64,000 bases of DNA, taken from the NCBI GenBank assembly GCA_964196275.1, contig CAXMSN010000092.1, positions 1,296 to 65,295 on the forward strand. The letters are read 5' to 3'. This document shows positions 46,052 through 55,306 of this stretch, piece after piece (within the stretch, counting starts at the first letter, position 1; every line of letters begins with the position of its first letter). Under the pieces are notes generated by a model. That model was not told the DNA's origin. It saw only the letters and a list, made by a program, of their open reading frames with translations, and did no database searches. The stretch is from an uncultured Kiloniellales bacterium. GTDB taxonomy: Bacteria > Actinomycetota > Acidimicrobiia > Spongiisociales > UBA5794. Made by a program: the position numbers and the translations under genes.

Positions 46052-46821
46052 CTCGACTGTCGGTACGTTGCGAATTCATCTGTCAGGAGCTTCCTCGTTG
46101 AGTTTCCCATACGGACGTAAAAGTCGGCGGTTCGCGGACCCTTCGGCTCGTTGAGATATACAGGCCGGTCGGAGGGCCGCACGGCTACCACCGCAACGTC
46201 CGTTGTCTCCACGGGCTCGAATCGTATCGAGATGTGGGCGAGAGCAGGCTTCCCGAGGGCACCCTCGAGGTAGTCGGTGAGCCATAACTGGTATCGATCG
46301 TTGTCTGGCTGCTTCATGAGTTGGAGATCCGCAGCGAGTCCGATCGCCTTCCCTTCGTCGTTGACGCCGATGAGTAATGTTCCACCTTCGCCGTTGAGGA
46401 ATCCTGCGACGGTCTTTGCGATCACGAGCTCGATGCGATCGTCCCTCTCGCTTGTGTGGACGTTCCATCTCGCGGTCGACTTGAACTCGACCTCTGATGT
46501 CTCGCCCTGTCGGATGAGTTCAGCGATGGAGATCACAGGCTCTGTTCGGAGCCCCAACTTCGATGCGACGAACATCGCGAGGGCGAGAACGATCATCGAT
46601 CCGACCAGCGCGCCGAGTGCGGACGCGATACCCGGCGCAGCGACGGTGTTGTCCCGATCGAGGAGGTTGACGAGGACGCTGCCCACGCCAGCCCCTGCGA
46701 TGCCGATCAGCGTCGTTTCTGCCAGCGTGAGACGTTGGTCACCGGGAAGGAGGAAACGCGCAGCGCTGCCGAGGACGAGGCCGGCAAGAAGGATCCCGAA
46801 GATGAAGAGACTTGTTTCCAT
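46042..46821 (-). CDS. Membrane-anchored AlbA_2 (Schlafen-like) domain protein
   Basis: Three N-terminal TM helices (GlsB/YeaQ-like, Gly-rich). These are followed by GETSEVEFKST...IAKTVAGFLNGEGGTLLIGVNDEGKAIGL, typical of the AlbA_2 putative nucleic-acid-binding domain. It overlaps the DUF4389 gene by 10 nt. Confidence 0.7.
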   Translation of the reverse strand: METSLFIFGILLAGLVLGSAARFLLPGDQRLTLAETTLIGIAGAGVGSVLVNLLDRDNTVAAPGIASALGALVGSMIVLALAMFVASKLGLRTEPVISIAELIRQGETSEVEFKSTARWNVHTSERDDRIELVIAKTVAGFLNGEGGTLLIGVNDEGKAIGLAADLQLMKQPDNDRYQLWLTDYLEGALGKPALAHISIRFEPVETTDVAVVAVRPSDRPVYLNEPKGPRTADFYVRMGNSTRKLLTDEFATYRQSRWK

Positions 46822-46865
46822 CTGGTGCCGAGGTTAATGAGTAGTCGCTCGCCTTCGGCTCGCTC

Positions 46866-46900
46866 CGTATTACGTACTACGTACTACGTGATCCGTCGTC
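46866..46900. repeat. Heptanucleotide tandem array H5, flanked by short-motif arms (M4)
   Basis: CGTATTA CGTACTA CGTACTA CGTGATC CGTCGTC. The left flank GTCGCTCGCCTTCGGCTCGCTCC (46844-46866) and right flank GATCCGTCGTCTGCGAAGCC resemble the M1-M3 motif parts. Confidence 0.85.
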
Positions 46901-46910
46901 TGCGAAGCCT

Positions 46911-47927
46911 CTATCGGAGTTCTACGCCGCGGGTTCCCTCGGCGATCTCACCGATGACCGACGCTTGGAGGTCGCTGGACTCGAACGCTTTCAGCGCGGC
47001 TACTACGTCTGGCTCGCTGACGACTGCCGTGAATCCGATCCCCATGTTGAACGTGCGGAACATCTCCTCCAAGGGGACGTCGCCGAGACGTTGCAGCACG
47101 TTGAAGACATGCGGGATCTCCCACGTTGATCGATCGATGACCGCCCGGTGGCCTTCCGGGAGCATGCGAACCACGTTGCCAGGCAGTCCACCGCCGGTGA
47201 TGTGGGCGAGGCCGCTGGGTTTGACTCTGGCCAGCATGTTGATGATCGCGGGTGCGTAGACGATCGACGGCTGGAGCAACACTTCCGCGGTTGGCGTGGT
47301 CGTGTCTGGGAAGTCGGCTTCGAGCGGCAAGTGCTGGCGTGCGATGGCTCGCACGAGTGAGAAGCCGTTCGATCGCAGGTTCGGGCTCTTGACGCCCACG
47401 ATGACATCTCCCACGGTGACGGAGGACGTGCCGACTTCTTCGCCGAGTTCCACGATCCCAAGGGCGGTCGCCGACACATCGAACTGGTCGGCGCCCATTA
47501 CACCAGGGTGTTCAGCTGTCTCGCCTCCCAGAAGGGCGACGTCGGCATCGTTGCATGCATCGCATATCGATGCGATCAGGGTCTCGACGAGGTCCACATC
47601 GAGCGACCCCACTGCGATGTAATCGGTGAGTGCTATCGGTGTCGCTCCCGCGGCCGCGAGGTCATCAGCGACCATGGCGAGGAGGTCGTAGCCGAGGCCA
47701 TCGACGAGCCCGGTCTGTCGCGCAAGGTCGGCCTTGGTGCCGACACCGTCGGTCGACATCATGAGGACGGGACTCTCGTAGCCGATCGGCAGTCTCATCC
47801 CTGAGGCGAATCCACCGAACCCCCCGACGACATCGTCGGTCCAGGTCGAGGTTACGCGCCAGCCGATTCGCTCAACCAACTCATCTGCCGCATCGAGATT
47901 CACACCTGCTGCTTCGTAGTTCGTCAT
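46911..47927 (-). CDS. purM: Phosphoribosylformylglycinamidine cyclo-ligase (AIR synthetase)
   Basis: Trimmed to MTNYEAAGVNLDAADELV. Contains DGVGTK and GGETAEHPG. Confidence 0.95.
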   Translation of the reverse strand: MTNYEAAGVNLDAADELVERIGWRVTSTWTDDVVGGFGGFASGMRLPIGYESPVLMMSTDGVGTKADLARQTGLVDGLGYDLLAMVADDLAAAGATPIALTDYIAVGSLDVDLVETLIASICDACNDADVALLGGETAEHPGVMGADQFDVSATALGIVELGEEVGTSSVTVGDVIVGVKSPNLRSNGFSLVRAIARQHLPLEADFPDTTTPTAEVLLQPSIVYAPAIINMLARVKPSGLAHITGGGLPGNVVRMLPEGHRAVIDRSTWEIPHVFNVLQRLGDVPLEEMFRTFNMGIGFTAVVSEPDVVAALKAFESSDLQASVIGEIAEGTRGVELR

Positions 47928-49417
47928 GTCGTCCGTTCGAGAAGGAATTTGCTGTCTGTGGTCGGCACGTCTGTCGGATAGGCGCCGCTGAGGCATGCCG
48001 TGCAGAACGTTTCGGCATCCGACCCTGTCGCTTCGACCAGGTTGTCGAGGTCGAGATACACGAGTGAGTCGACGCCGAGGTGTTCCGCTACCTCGTCGAC
48101 TGATCTTCCTGCAGCGAGCAGTGTGGAGCGATCTCCGGTGTCCATCCCGTAGAAGCATGGCCATCGGTAAGGAGGAGACGAGATTCGGAGGTGCACCTCT
48201 GTCGCACCGGCCTCGCGCACCATCGCCACGAGTTGCCTGGTCGTTGAGCCCCTCACGATCGAGTCATCAACGAGCACGACGCGTTTGCCTGTGATGACGC
48301 CTTCCATAGCGTTGAGCTTCATGCGGACGCCTCGTTCCCGCATTGCCTGCGTGGGCTCGATGAACGTGCGCCCGACGTAGCGATTCTTCATGAGCCCATC
48401 GACGTAGGGAATACCTGAGACGGCTGCGAAGCCTTGGGCGGCAGGGATACCGGACTCTGGTACCGGCACGGTTATGTCTGCCTCGACAGGCGCCTGCGTC
48501 GCGAGCGCTCGCCCCATACGTTGACGGGTCGTGTGGATGGTCTCCCCAAGGAGCGTCGAATCGGGCCGTGCAAAGTAGACGAACTCGAAGATGCATAGGT
48601 TCGATGCCGTCTCTTCGAAGGGGAAGTAACTCCTTGGCCCCTCCTCGTCGATGATGACGACCTCGCCGGGACTGATCTGCCGCACGAACCGGGCACCGAC
48701 GATGTCGAGCGCGGCCGTCTCGGAGGCAATGACCCAGTTGTCGCCCAGAGAGCCGAGGCACAGTGGCCTGAAGCCATAGGGGTCGCGCACGCCGACGAGC
48801 GTGCTCTTGTCCATGATCGTGAGCGAGAATGCCCCGTCGAAGGTTGGGAGCACTCTCGTGAGGGCGTCCTCAAGGCTGAGATCATGTTCGACCATGGCCT
48901 GTGCAATGGCGTCGGTCATGAGTTCTGAGTCCGTCGTGGCGCCGAGCACATCAGCCTCAGCCTCAAGGGCGTGGGCATTGATGAGGTTCCCGTTGTGTGC
49001 CAAGGCAAGGCCATTCGATCCAACATGTCGGAAGATCGGCTGGGAGTTCTCCCAGTTGCTTGAGCCGGTTGTGGAATACCGATTATGTCCGATCGCGAGG
49101 GTGCCGTGAAGACCAGCCAGTGTTGACTCATCGAACACCTGGGCGACAAGACCGAGATCCTTGTAGATCGTCAGGTTCTCCCCGTCGCTGACAGAGATCC
49201 CTGCACTCTCCTGGCCCCGATGCTGGAGGGCGAACAGGCCGAAGTACGTGAGACGTGCAGCGTCGGCGTCAGGCCCGATGACGCCGAACACGCCACAGGC
49301 TTCGCCTGGTCGGTCGAGAGATGGAAATGCCAGCGACTGTTCGGTCACGGCGGCGAGTGTACCCGCTACCCGCACGGGTCCATCAGACCGCGAGAAATGC
49401 GAGAACGGTGACAGCAA
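47924..49417 (-). CDS. purF: Amidophosphoribosyltransferase
   Basis: A propeptide precedes the nucleophile CGVFGV, followed by the PRTase motif VVLVDDSIVRGST. The start is uncertain: ATG 49417 overlaps the rhomboid gene, and GTG 49348 is the alternative. Confidence 0.95.
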   Translation of the reverse strand: MLSPFSHFSRSDGPVRVAGTLAAVTEQSLAFPSLDRPGEACGVFGVIGPDADAARLTYFGLFALQHRGQESAGISVSDGENLTIYKDLGLVAQVFDESTLAGLHGTLAIGHNRYSTTGSSNWENSQPIFRHVGSNGLALAHNGNLINAHALEAEADVLGATTDSELMTDAIAQAMVEHDLSLEDALTRVLPTFDGAFSLTIMDKSTLVGVRDPYGFRPLCLGSLGDNWVIASETAALDIVGARFVRQISPGEVVIIDEEGPRSYFPFEETASNLCIFEFVYFARPDSTLLGETIHTTRQRMGRALATQAPVEADITVPVPESGIPAAQGFAAVSGIPYVDGLMKNRYVGRTFIEPTQAMRERGVRMKLNAMEGVITGKRVVLVDDSIVRGSTTRQLVAMVREAGATEVHLRISSPPYRWPCFYGMDTGDRSTLLAAGRSVDEVAEHLGVDSLVYLDLDNLVEATGSDAETFCTACLSGAYPTDVPTTDSKFLLERTT

Positions 49418-50231
49418 CGACGACCGATGAACCGATCATCGTCCGGATCTGTCTGGCGTTCGACTTGCCAACGGCGAGCACCGACCACAGCGCCGCGATC
49501 CCCACGCCTGCGATGAATCCCCCGAGGTGGCCCAGCCAGTCGATGTTCGGGTTGAGGAACGGCATCGCGATGTTGATCGCCATGAGGAATCCCAATTGGT
49601 TGAACATCGCTCTTCCGCCAGGGGTCTTGCGCATCTTCCAAGCGACGAACAGCCATGCTCCGAACAGGCCGAAGATCGCACCGGACGCTCCGACCGAGAA
49701 CCCTGCGCCACCAAGGACCATCGAAAGCAGACCGCCTGCTCCTGCAGCAGCGACGTAGAGAGACGCGAATGCCGGCCCACCAACCTGCTGCTCCAAGCGC
49801 GGTCCGAAGAGATAGAGGGCGTACATGTTGAAGAGGAGATGCATCAGGCTGCCGTGAAGGAGAGCCACCGTGAAGATCCGATAGGCGTCAGGATCGACGA
49901 ATGGCGTACCGGACCTTATCAGCGCGAAGTGTTCGAGCAACCAGATCTCGGCTTCGGGGACGAGCCACCCGAGGAGGAAGATGGCCGACGTCACCGCGAT
50001 GATCGACATCGAGACGGGCGAGGTCTGGAACGAAGGTCGCCCGATCGCGGACCGGCTGGTGACAACTCTTGTGCGGGCGTCTGTCTTGGCACAGTCCGGG
50101 CACTTCTGACCTACGGACGCGTCATGTGAACATTCGACACAGATCGGGTTTCCGCACGTCGTACATGACAAACGCGTTGCCCGGTCAGGATGCCGGTAGC
50201 AGGTGATCGTGGTCGATTCTTCCATGGTCAT
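49383..50231 (-). CDS. Rhomboid-family intramembrane serine protease with an N-terminal zinc ribbon
   Basis: Trimmed to MTMEESTTITCYRHPDRATRLSCTTCGNPICVECS. Contains HLLFNM and GASGAIFG (catalytic Ser) plus a downstream His. Confidence 0.85.
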   Translation of the reverse strand: MTMEESTTITCYRHPDRATRLSCTTCGNPICVECSHDASVGQKCPDCAKTDARTRVVTSRSAIGRPSFQTSPVSMSIIAVTSAIFLLGWLVPEAEIWLLEHFALIRSGTPFVDPDAYRIFTVALLHGSLMHLLFNMYALYLFGPRLEQQVGGPAFASLYVAAAGAGGLLSMVLGGAGFSVGASGAIFGLFGAWLFVAWKMRKTPGGRAMFNQLGFLMAINIAMPFLNPNIDWLGHLGGFIAGVGIAALWSVLAVGKSNARQIRTMIGSSVVVAVTVLAFLAV

Positions 50232-50265
50232 AGAAAGGTAACGACGAGGAGCGCAAAGCTGTTCC

Positions 50266-50308
50266 GTTCGCTCGGCTTCGCCTCGCTCCAGACGACGGAT
50301 CAGCGACG
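50266..50308. repeat. Short dispersed intergenic motif, copy M3
   Basis: GTTCGCTCGGCTTCGCCTCGCTCCAGACGACGGATCAGCGACG directly abuts the large repeat copy B. Confidence 0.6.
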
Positions 50309-50311
50309 TCT

Positions 50312-50441
50312 CCGTCCTCCTTTCAAGGGGGACGGCAGAGGAGCACAGCGACGATGCAGGGGGATGTCGCAGCCCCAAGATTCCAGGTTGCCAACACCCT
50401 CCTGGCTCGCAAGCTCGCCCGTCCTCGCTCGCAGGGAGGAC
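50312..50441 (-). repeat. Structured intergenic repeat, copy B (inverted relative to A and C)
   Basis: Its reverse complement aligns with copy C. The first about 54 nt (hairpin 1 through CCAGGAGGGTGTTGG) has 1 mismatch, and the last about 58 nt (ACATCCCCCTGCATCGTCGCTG..GTCCCCCTTGAAAGG.GGACGG) has 2 mismatches. The central 20-30 nt differs. Confidence 0.9.
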
Positions 50442-50535
50442 AGAAGCTTCGAGGCGACCGCCCTCGACTGGTCCGTGGTCTTCTTCGGGAACATCTTGTT
50501 CCCGTTGTTCGTTATCTCGTAACTGTCTCTGAGGG

Positions 50536-51996
50536 TTGATGATCATGCGAATGCGGCTTGCGATTGGTGCCATCGGGGCTGCCGCTCTCTTTCTCGCCGC
50601 GTGCTCGAGCGTCGATGAGGAGGTCGCCCCTTCCACGACGGTGCAACCTGCCGCCGAGGGGATCGCCATCGCACCCTCCGAATCCGCTGCGTTGCGAAAT
50701 CAAGCGGGTTACGAGTTCCCTCCTGCACCTTCCGTGCCGGAAGGCCCACTTCCTGATCTGGTTCAGGAGAACTTCGATGTCTTGTTCGGCAGCCTCGCCG
50801 CAGGTATTGGCGCTGATGTTTCCGTGATCAGGGAGATTGGGGAAGCTGGCGATGCTCGAGCGGCTTGGCTGCTGTCTGACCTACTCCGATTGATCGGTGC
50901 GAGTGAAGCACGGAACATGACGATCCAGGCGTTCCAGACCCTTACGGGAGCGAACCTCAGCGACGATCCCATCTCGAGGCGGAGTATCGCACTGTCATCA
51001 GCCGATCACCTGATCGCCTGGGATCTTCCTGCGCACCCTGACTATGAGAAGTGGAAGGGCCAGCTATTCCTCATCCTCGAGTCGCGGTGGGAGCCGTTCT
51101 TCGCCGACACCGAGGCAGACATCGATTGGAGACTCATCGGATGGGGTGGTGTGCGACTCGACGACCGGCCGCTCGGTACAGCTGAGGGCTGTGTGGGTGG
51201 CTGTATTCCGGCGCTCGACGACCCAGCCGTGACCGATGCGTCTGGTGGCGACTGGTACCCGGATGATCGTCTGGTGTTCGGCGTCACCGTGAACGGGGAG
51301 TCGCGGGCGTATCCGAAGAACATCATGGAGATCCACGAGATGATCAACGACACGCTCGGTGATCGAAGGCTCGGCATCCCGTATTGCACGCTGTGTGGAT
51401 CGGCTCAGGCGTACTTCACCGACAGTGTTCCCGATGGCGTCGAGATCCCACTGCTCCGCACGTCCGGATTGCTGTCGCGGTCGAACAAGGTGATGTTCGA
51501 TCTCAATACGTTCTCGGTCGTCGACACGTTCAATGGCACGGCCCTTTCCGGGCCGCTCCGTGAGGCAGGTGTCGTACTCGAGCAAACCTCTGTAGTCGTC
51601 TCAACCTGGGCCGATTGGAAGCAAGCCCACCCTGACACGACGATTGTTGCCGAGGATGGCGGCATTGGTCGGGCGTACGCTCTCGATCCGCTCAGTGACA
51701 GAGACGCCGATGGCCCGATCTTCCCTGTCGGCGATGTTGACGACCGGCTGCCCATCCAGGAGCAGGTGCTCGGTGTCTTCGCTGCCGACGGCACGCCGAT
51801 CGCGTTCCCGGTTGCTGCAGCCCGTGAGGTACTCGAGGGCGGCGGCGATGTGCTCCTGCTCGGTGTCAACGTCGTGACGAACGGCTCGGGCCTCCAGGCA
51901 CTCGATGCTGACGGTGGTGAGATCGTCGGCCATCAGTCCTTCTGGTTCGCATGGAGCCAGTTCAACCCCGAAACCGTCGTCTGGACAGCTCCGTAG
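50536..51996 (+). CDS. DUF3179-domain lipoprotein
   Basis: Signal/lipobox LFLAAC. Contains VNGESRAYPKNIMEIHEMIND...IPYCTLCGSAQAYF, typical of DUF3179. Confidence 0.8.
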   Translation: MMIMRMRLAIGAIGAAALFLAACSSVDEEVAPSTTVQPAAEGIAIAPSESAALRNQAGYEFPPAPSVPEGPLPDLVQENFDVLFGSLAAGIGADVSVIREIGEAGDARAAWLLSDLLRLIGASEARNMTIQAFQTLTGANLSDDPISRRSIALSSADHLIAWDLPAHPDYEKWKGQLFLILESRWEPFFADTEADIDWRLIGWGGVRLDDRPLGTAEGCVGGCIPALDDPAVTDASGGDWYPDDRLVFGVTVNGESRAYPKNIMEIHEMINDTLGDRRLGIPYCTLCGSAQAYFTDSVPDGVEIPLLRTSGLLSRSNKVMFDLNTFSVVDTFNGTALSGPLREAGVVLEQTSVVVSTWADWKQAHPDTTIVAEDGGIGRAYALDPLSDRDADGPIFPVGDVDDRLPIQEQVLGVFAADGTPIAFPVAAAREVLEGGGDVLLLGVNVVTNGSGLQALDADGGEIVGHQSFWFAWSQFNPETVVWTAP

Positions 51997-52026
51997 TAGG
52001 AAGGTCGGAGTCGCCCCGATACTTCT

Positions 52027-52210
52027 GTCCTCCCTGCGAGGGAGGACGGGCGAGCTTGCGAGCCAGGAGGGTGTTGGGGGGGAAGTGCCTTGGCACCGTG
52101 ACTCTGCAACATCCCCCTGCATCGTCGCTGCGCTCCTCTGCCGTCCCCCTTGAAAGGGGGACGGAGGTATAGCGGTCTTCTGAAAGGGGGACGAAGGTAT
52201 AGCGGTCTTC
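52027..52210 (+). repeat. Structured intergenic repeat, copy C, with a 30-nt tandem duplication at its 3' end
   Basis: Opens with hairpin GTCCTCCCT-GCG-AGGGAGGAC, runs through ...CAACATCCCCCTGCATCGTCGCTGCGCTCCTCTGC, and ends with hairpin CGTCCCCCT-TGAA-AGGGGGACG. TGAAAGGGGGACG(G/A)AGGTATAGCGGTCTTC then occurs twice (52151-52180 and 52181-52210). Confidence 0.9.
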
Positions 52211-52212
52211 GG

Positions 52213-54372
52213 CTACCTCATTCTTCTTGGGATCGCCTCGCGCCAGATGGATGTGGCCTCAGTGAGGTCGATGGATCCCGCTGCTCCGAAGTCGATGCTG
52301 GTTCCTGCCACAGTTCCGATTCTCGTGTGAGGCTCGACCGTGTCGAGGTCGTTGCCGTGGGATACGGCCAGAAATCGGAGCGGGGTTTCATCGAGGAGCT
52401 CCGGGCCAGACATGGCTGTGATCTTGATTCCGATTCCCGATGCGATCGCGATCTCTGCGAGGGCGACCGCTGCTCCACCGATTGATATGTCATGGAGCAC
52501 CGGTGTCTCGAATGCGAGCGTTGCGGCAGCTGCCACCGCTCTTCTTGCGGAATCACCATCGACGTCGGCAGGCCGGCCGCCGAGATTCTTGTTGATGATC
52601 CGGTCGTATGCAGATCCGGCGAAGTCTCCCTTCGCTTCGCGACCGACAAGCCAGATCGACATGCCTTCCTCGGCTCGGTCGAGGCGGGGTGGACTGTCTG
52701 GCATCGGATCGCAGAACCCGAGCATTCCGACCACCGGAGTCGGGTAGATGTCGACACCGTCTGTCTGGTTGTAGAACGAGACGTTGCCTCCGACCACCGG
52801 GACGTCGAGTTCCTCGCACGCCCACGCCATTCCTTCGACTGACTCGACGAATTGCCACATGACGTCAGGGTTCTCCGGGTTCCCGAAGTTGAGATTGTCG
52901 ACGAGGGCGTACGGCCGGGCACCGGTGACAGCGACGTTCAGAGCGGACTCGAAAACGATTCGGGCGCTTGTGCGTCTTGGATCGAGGTAGGTGCGGAGCG
53001 AGTCTCCGTCGGTCGATGCGGCGAGGCCTTTCTGCGTTCCTTTGATCCTCATCAGCGACCCGTCATGCCCAGGCTCGATGACGGTGTTGAGGAACAGCAT
53101 GTGGTCGTACTGGCTCGAGATCCACGACCTGTCTCCGATCGCAGGGTCATCGAGCAGAACCGCGAGCACAGCCCCAACATCAATGTCCTCCGGGATGTGG
53201 GGCTCAGACGCCCAGACGTCGTCGAGGTACGAAGGCCGCTCGTACGGCCGGTGGTACAGCGGCGCATCGTCGGCAAGTGATGCTGCGGGGACCTCAGCGA
53301 CGAGTTCATTGTCGGCGTAAACGGTGAGGTCTGGTCCAGCCGTGACCGTTCCGATCGTCGATGCCTCGATCTCCCACCGCTGGGCAAGCTCAAGCACCGC
53401 GCTCTCGTTCTCAGGTGTCACGATGGCGAGCATCCGCTCCTGGGATTCCGACATGAGGATCTCTCCGGGAGTCATGTCACTCTCGCGGAGGTGGACGCTG
53501 TCGAGGTCGACCTCCATGCCCATTCCGCCGTTCCCCGCCGTCTCGGATGTCGCACACGAGATCCCTGCTGCGCCGAGGTCCTGTATCGCGACGACGAGGT
53601 TGCGTTGGTAGAGATCAAGACACGCCTCGATCAGTTTCTTCTCTTCGAACGGATCACCGACCTGGACGTTCGGCCGCTTCGCCTCGTCGCCCTCTTCGAA
53701 GGATGCCGAAGCAAGGATCGAAGCCCCTCCGATCCCATCCCTGCCTGTGGCGTTTCCGAGCAGGATCGCCTTGTTCCCTTCCCCCGATGCGGCAGACAGC
53801 ACGAGTTGTTCCTTCTTCAAGAGGCCGAGCGCCATGACATTGACAAGAGGGTTCTTGGAGAACCGGTCTGCGAACTCGACTTCTCCGCCGAGCGTCGGCA
53901 CACCGACGGCGTTCCCATAACCGGCGATTCCGGAGACGACCCCCTCGAACAGGTAGCGGTTCTGAGGCTCGTCGAGGGGCCCGAAGCGCAGCGGATCCCA
54001 CACCGCAACCGGTCGAGCACCCATGGTGAATATGTCCCTGAGGATCCCGCCAACACCCGTGGCAGCACCTTGATAGGGCTCGACATAAGAGGGGTGATTG
54101 TGGCTTTCGATGCGTACGGCGGCGAGCCACCCATCGCCGATGTCGACGACGCCGGCGTTCTCGCCCGGTCCGACGACGACCCACGGCTGGTCTGACGAGA
54201 ACTTCCCGAGATGTGCACGAGACGACTTGTACGAGCAGTGCTCGGACCACATCACCGAGTACATCGCGAGTTCTGCGTCCATGGGCTCGCGCCCAAGGAT
54301 CTCGATGACCTGCTGGTACTCGTCATCCGTCATGCCGAGTTGAATGTGGGCGGGCGCCTCCGTATCTGTCAT
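52213..54372 (-). CDS. purL: Phosphoribosylformylglycinamidine synthase subunit II
   Basis: 719 aa. Contains [17 protein letters not shown] and two PurM-like repeats. Confidence 0.95.
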   Translation of the reverse strand: MTDTEAPAHIQLGMTDDEYQQVIEILGREPMDAELAMYSVMWSEHCSYKSSRAHLGKFSSDQPWVVVGPGENAGVVDIGDGWLAAVRIESHNHPSYVEPYQGAATGVGGILRDIFTMGARPVAVWDPLRFGPLDEPQNRYLFEGVVSGIAGYGNAVGVPTLGGEVEFADRFSKNPLVNVMALGLLKKEQLVLSAASGEGNKAILLGNATGRDGIGGASILASASFEEGDEAKRPNVQVGDPFEEKKLIEACLDLYQRNLVVAIQDLGAAGISCATSETAGNGGMGMEVDLDSVHLRESDMTPGEILMSESQERMLAIVTPENESAVLELAQRWEIEASTIGTVTAGPDLTVYADNELVAEVPAASLADDAPLYHRPYERPSYLDDVWASEPHIPEDIDVGAVLAVLLDDPAIGDRSWISSQYDHMLFLNTVIEPGHDGSLMRIKGTQKGLAASTDGDSLRTYLDPRRTSARIVFESALNVAVTGARPYALVDNLNFGNPENPDVMWQFVESVEGMAWACEELDVPVVGGNVSFYNQTDGVDIYPTPVVGMLGFCDPMPDSPPRLDRAEEGMSIWLVGREAKGDFAGSAYDRIINKNLGGRPADVDGDSARRAVAAAATLAFETPVLHDISIGGAAVALAEIAIASGIGIKITAMSGPELLDETPLRFLAVSHGNDLDTVEPHTRIGTVAGTSIDFGAAGSIDLTEATSIWREAIPRRMR

Positions 54373-55061
54373 GCGTTCACGCTGAGCACCGACGATACGA
54401 ACCCCTCGATCAGCACCATCCCGTCGGCGGAGCCGAGGACCGCCTCGGAGGCGCGTTCGGGGTGTGGCATCAGGCCGACAACGTTGCCTTTGGCGTTCAT
54501 CACTCCCGCGATGGAATCTGTCGACCCGTTCGGGTTGGATGCGGCGTCGTTGATGCCCTCGGCGTTCGAGTAGGTGAGAACAACCTGTCCGGCCCTCTCG
54601 ACGTCATCCACGTTCTCACTCACGTAGTTGCCCTCGTACGAGTTCAGCGGGATGCGAAGTACCTGGCCGACGGTCGCGGCGCGGGTCAGAACCGAGTTGG
54701 TCGACTCGACACGGACATCGATCGGTTTGCAGATGAACTTCAGGTCGCGGTTGGCGACGAGCGCGCCGGGCAGCAGTCCCGCTTCGCACAGGATCTGGAA
54801 CCCGTTGCAGATCCCGAGAACCGGTGCCCCTTCCTGTGCGAGCCGTTCGACGTCAGCCATGACGGGCGAGAAACGGGCGATCGCTCCTGTCCGGAGGTAG
54901 TCGCCGTGTGCGAATCCGCCGGGGAGAACGACACCATCTGCACCTTCAAGGCTCTCGTCCGTGTGCCATACGAGTTCCGCATCTGCACCAGCGAGGTTGA
55001 GTGCGTGGACGATGTCGTGTTCGCAGTTCGTGCCAGGGAACACGACCACCGCAATGGTCAC
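54369..55061 (-). CDS. purQ: Phosphoribosylformylglycinamidine synthase subunit I (glutaminase)
   Basis: GTG start giving [16 protein letters not shown]. Contains GICNGFQ (nucleophile Cys) and HPER. GTGA overlap with the purS stop. Confidence 0.95.
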   Translation of the reverse strand: MTIAVVVFPGTNCEHDIVHALNLAGADAELVWHTDESLEGADGVVLPGGFAHGDYLRTGAIARFSPVMADVERLAQEGAPVLGICNGFQILCEAGLLPGALVANRDLKFICKPIDVRVESTNSVLTRAATVGQVLRIPLNSYEGNYVSENVDDVERAGQVVLTYSNAEGINDAASNPNGSTDSIAGVMNAKGNVVGLMPHPERASEAVLGSADGMVLIEGFVSSVLSVNA

Positions 55062-55306
55062 GATGCATGCTCGATCGTGTAGTGCTCGATGACCGGGTTG
55101 GCCAGCAACTGTTGGCACATCGCATCGAGTTCGTCGCGTGCGGTCGCCTCGTCGGGTGCGTCGATCGAGACAGTGATGACGCGTCCGAAGCTCACTCCCT
55201 GGACGGAGGAGAATCCAAGGTCTGTCAGCGCCTTGTGTGTCGTGGCGCCCTCAGGATCCGAGAGCCCTGGCTTGCGTGCGATCGTTACGGTGAACGTGTG
55301 GCTCAT
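55058..55306 (-). CDS. purS: Phosphoribosylformylglycinamidine synthase subunit PurS
   Basis: 82 aa. MSHTFTVTIARKPGLSDPEGATTHKAL...NPVIEHYTIE. ATGA overlap with the purC stop. Confidence 0.9.
   Translation of the reverse strand: MSHTFTVTIARKPGLSDPEGATTHKALTDLGFSSVQGVSFGRVITVSIDAPDEATARDELDAMCQQLLANPVIEHYTIEHAS

Noticed and set aside
50354-50539. ORFs lying inside the large repeats: 50354-50539 (+), 51601-52122 (-), 35271-35597 (+), 50300-50494 (-) and 51905-52153 (+). Two of them share the start MQGDVA.
   Set aside because: After the shared first six residues the translations diverge. The same DNA is read in different frames in different copies, so conservation is at the nucleotide and structure level, not the protein level.
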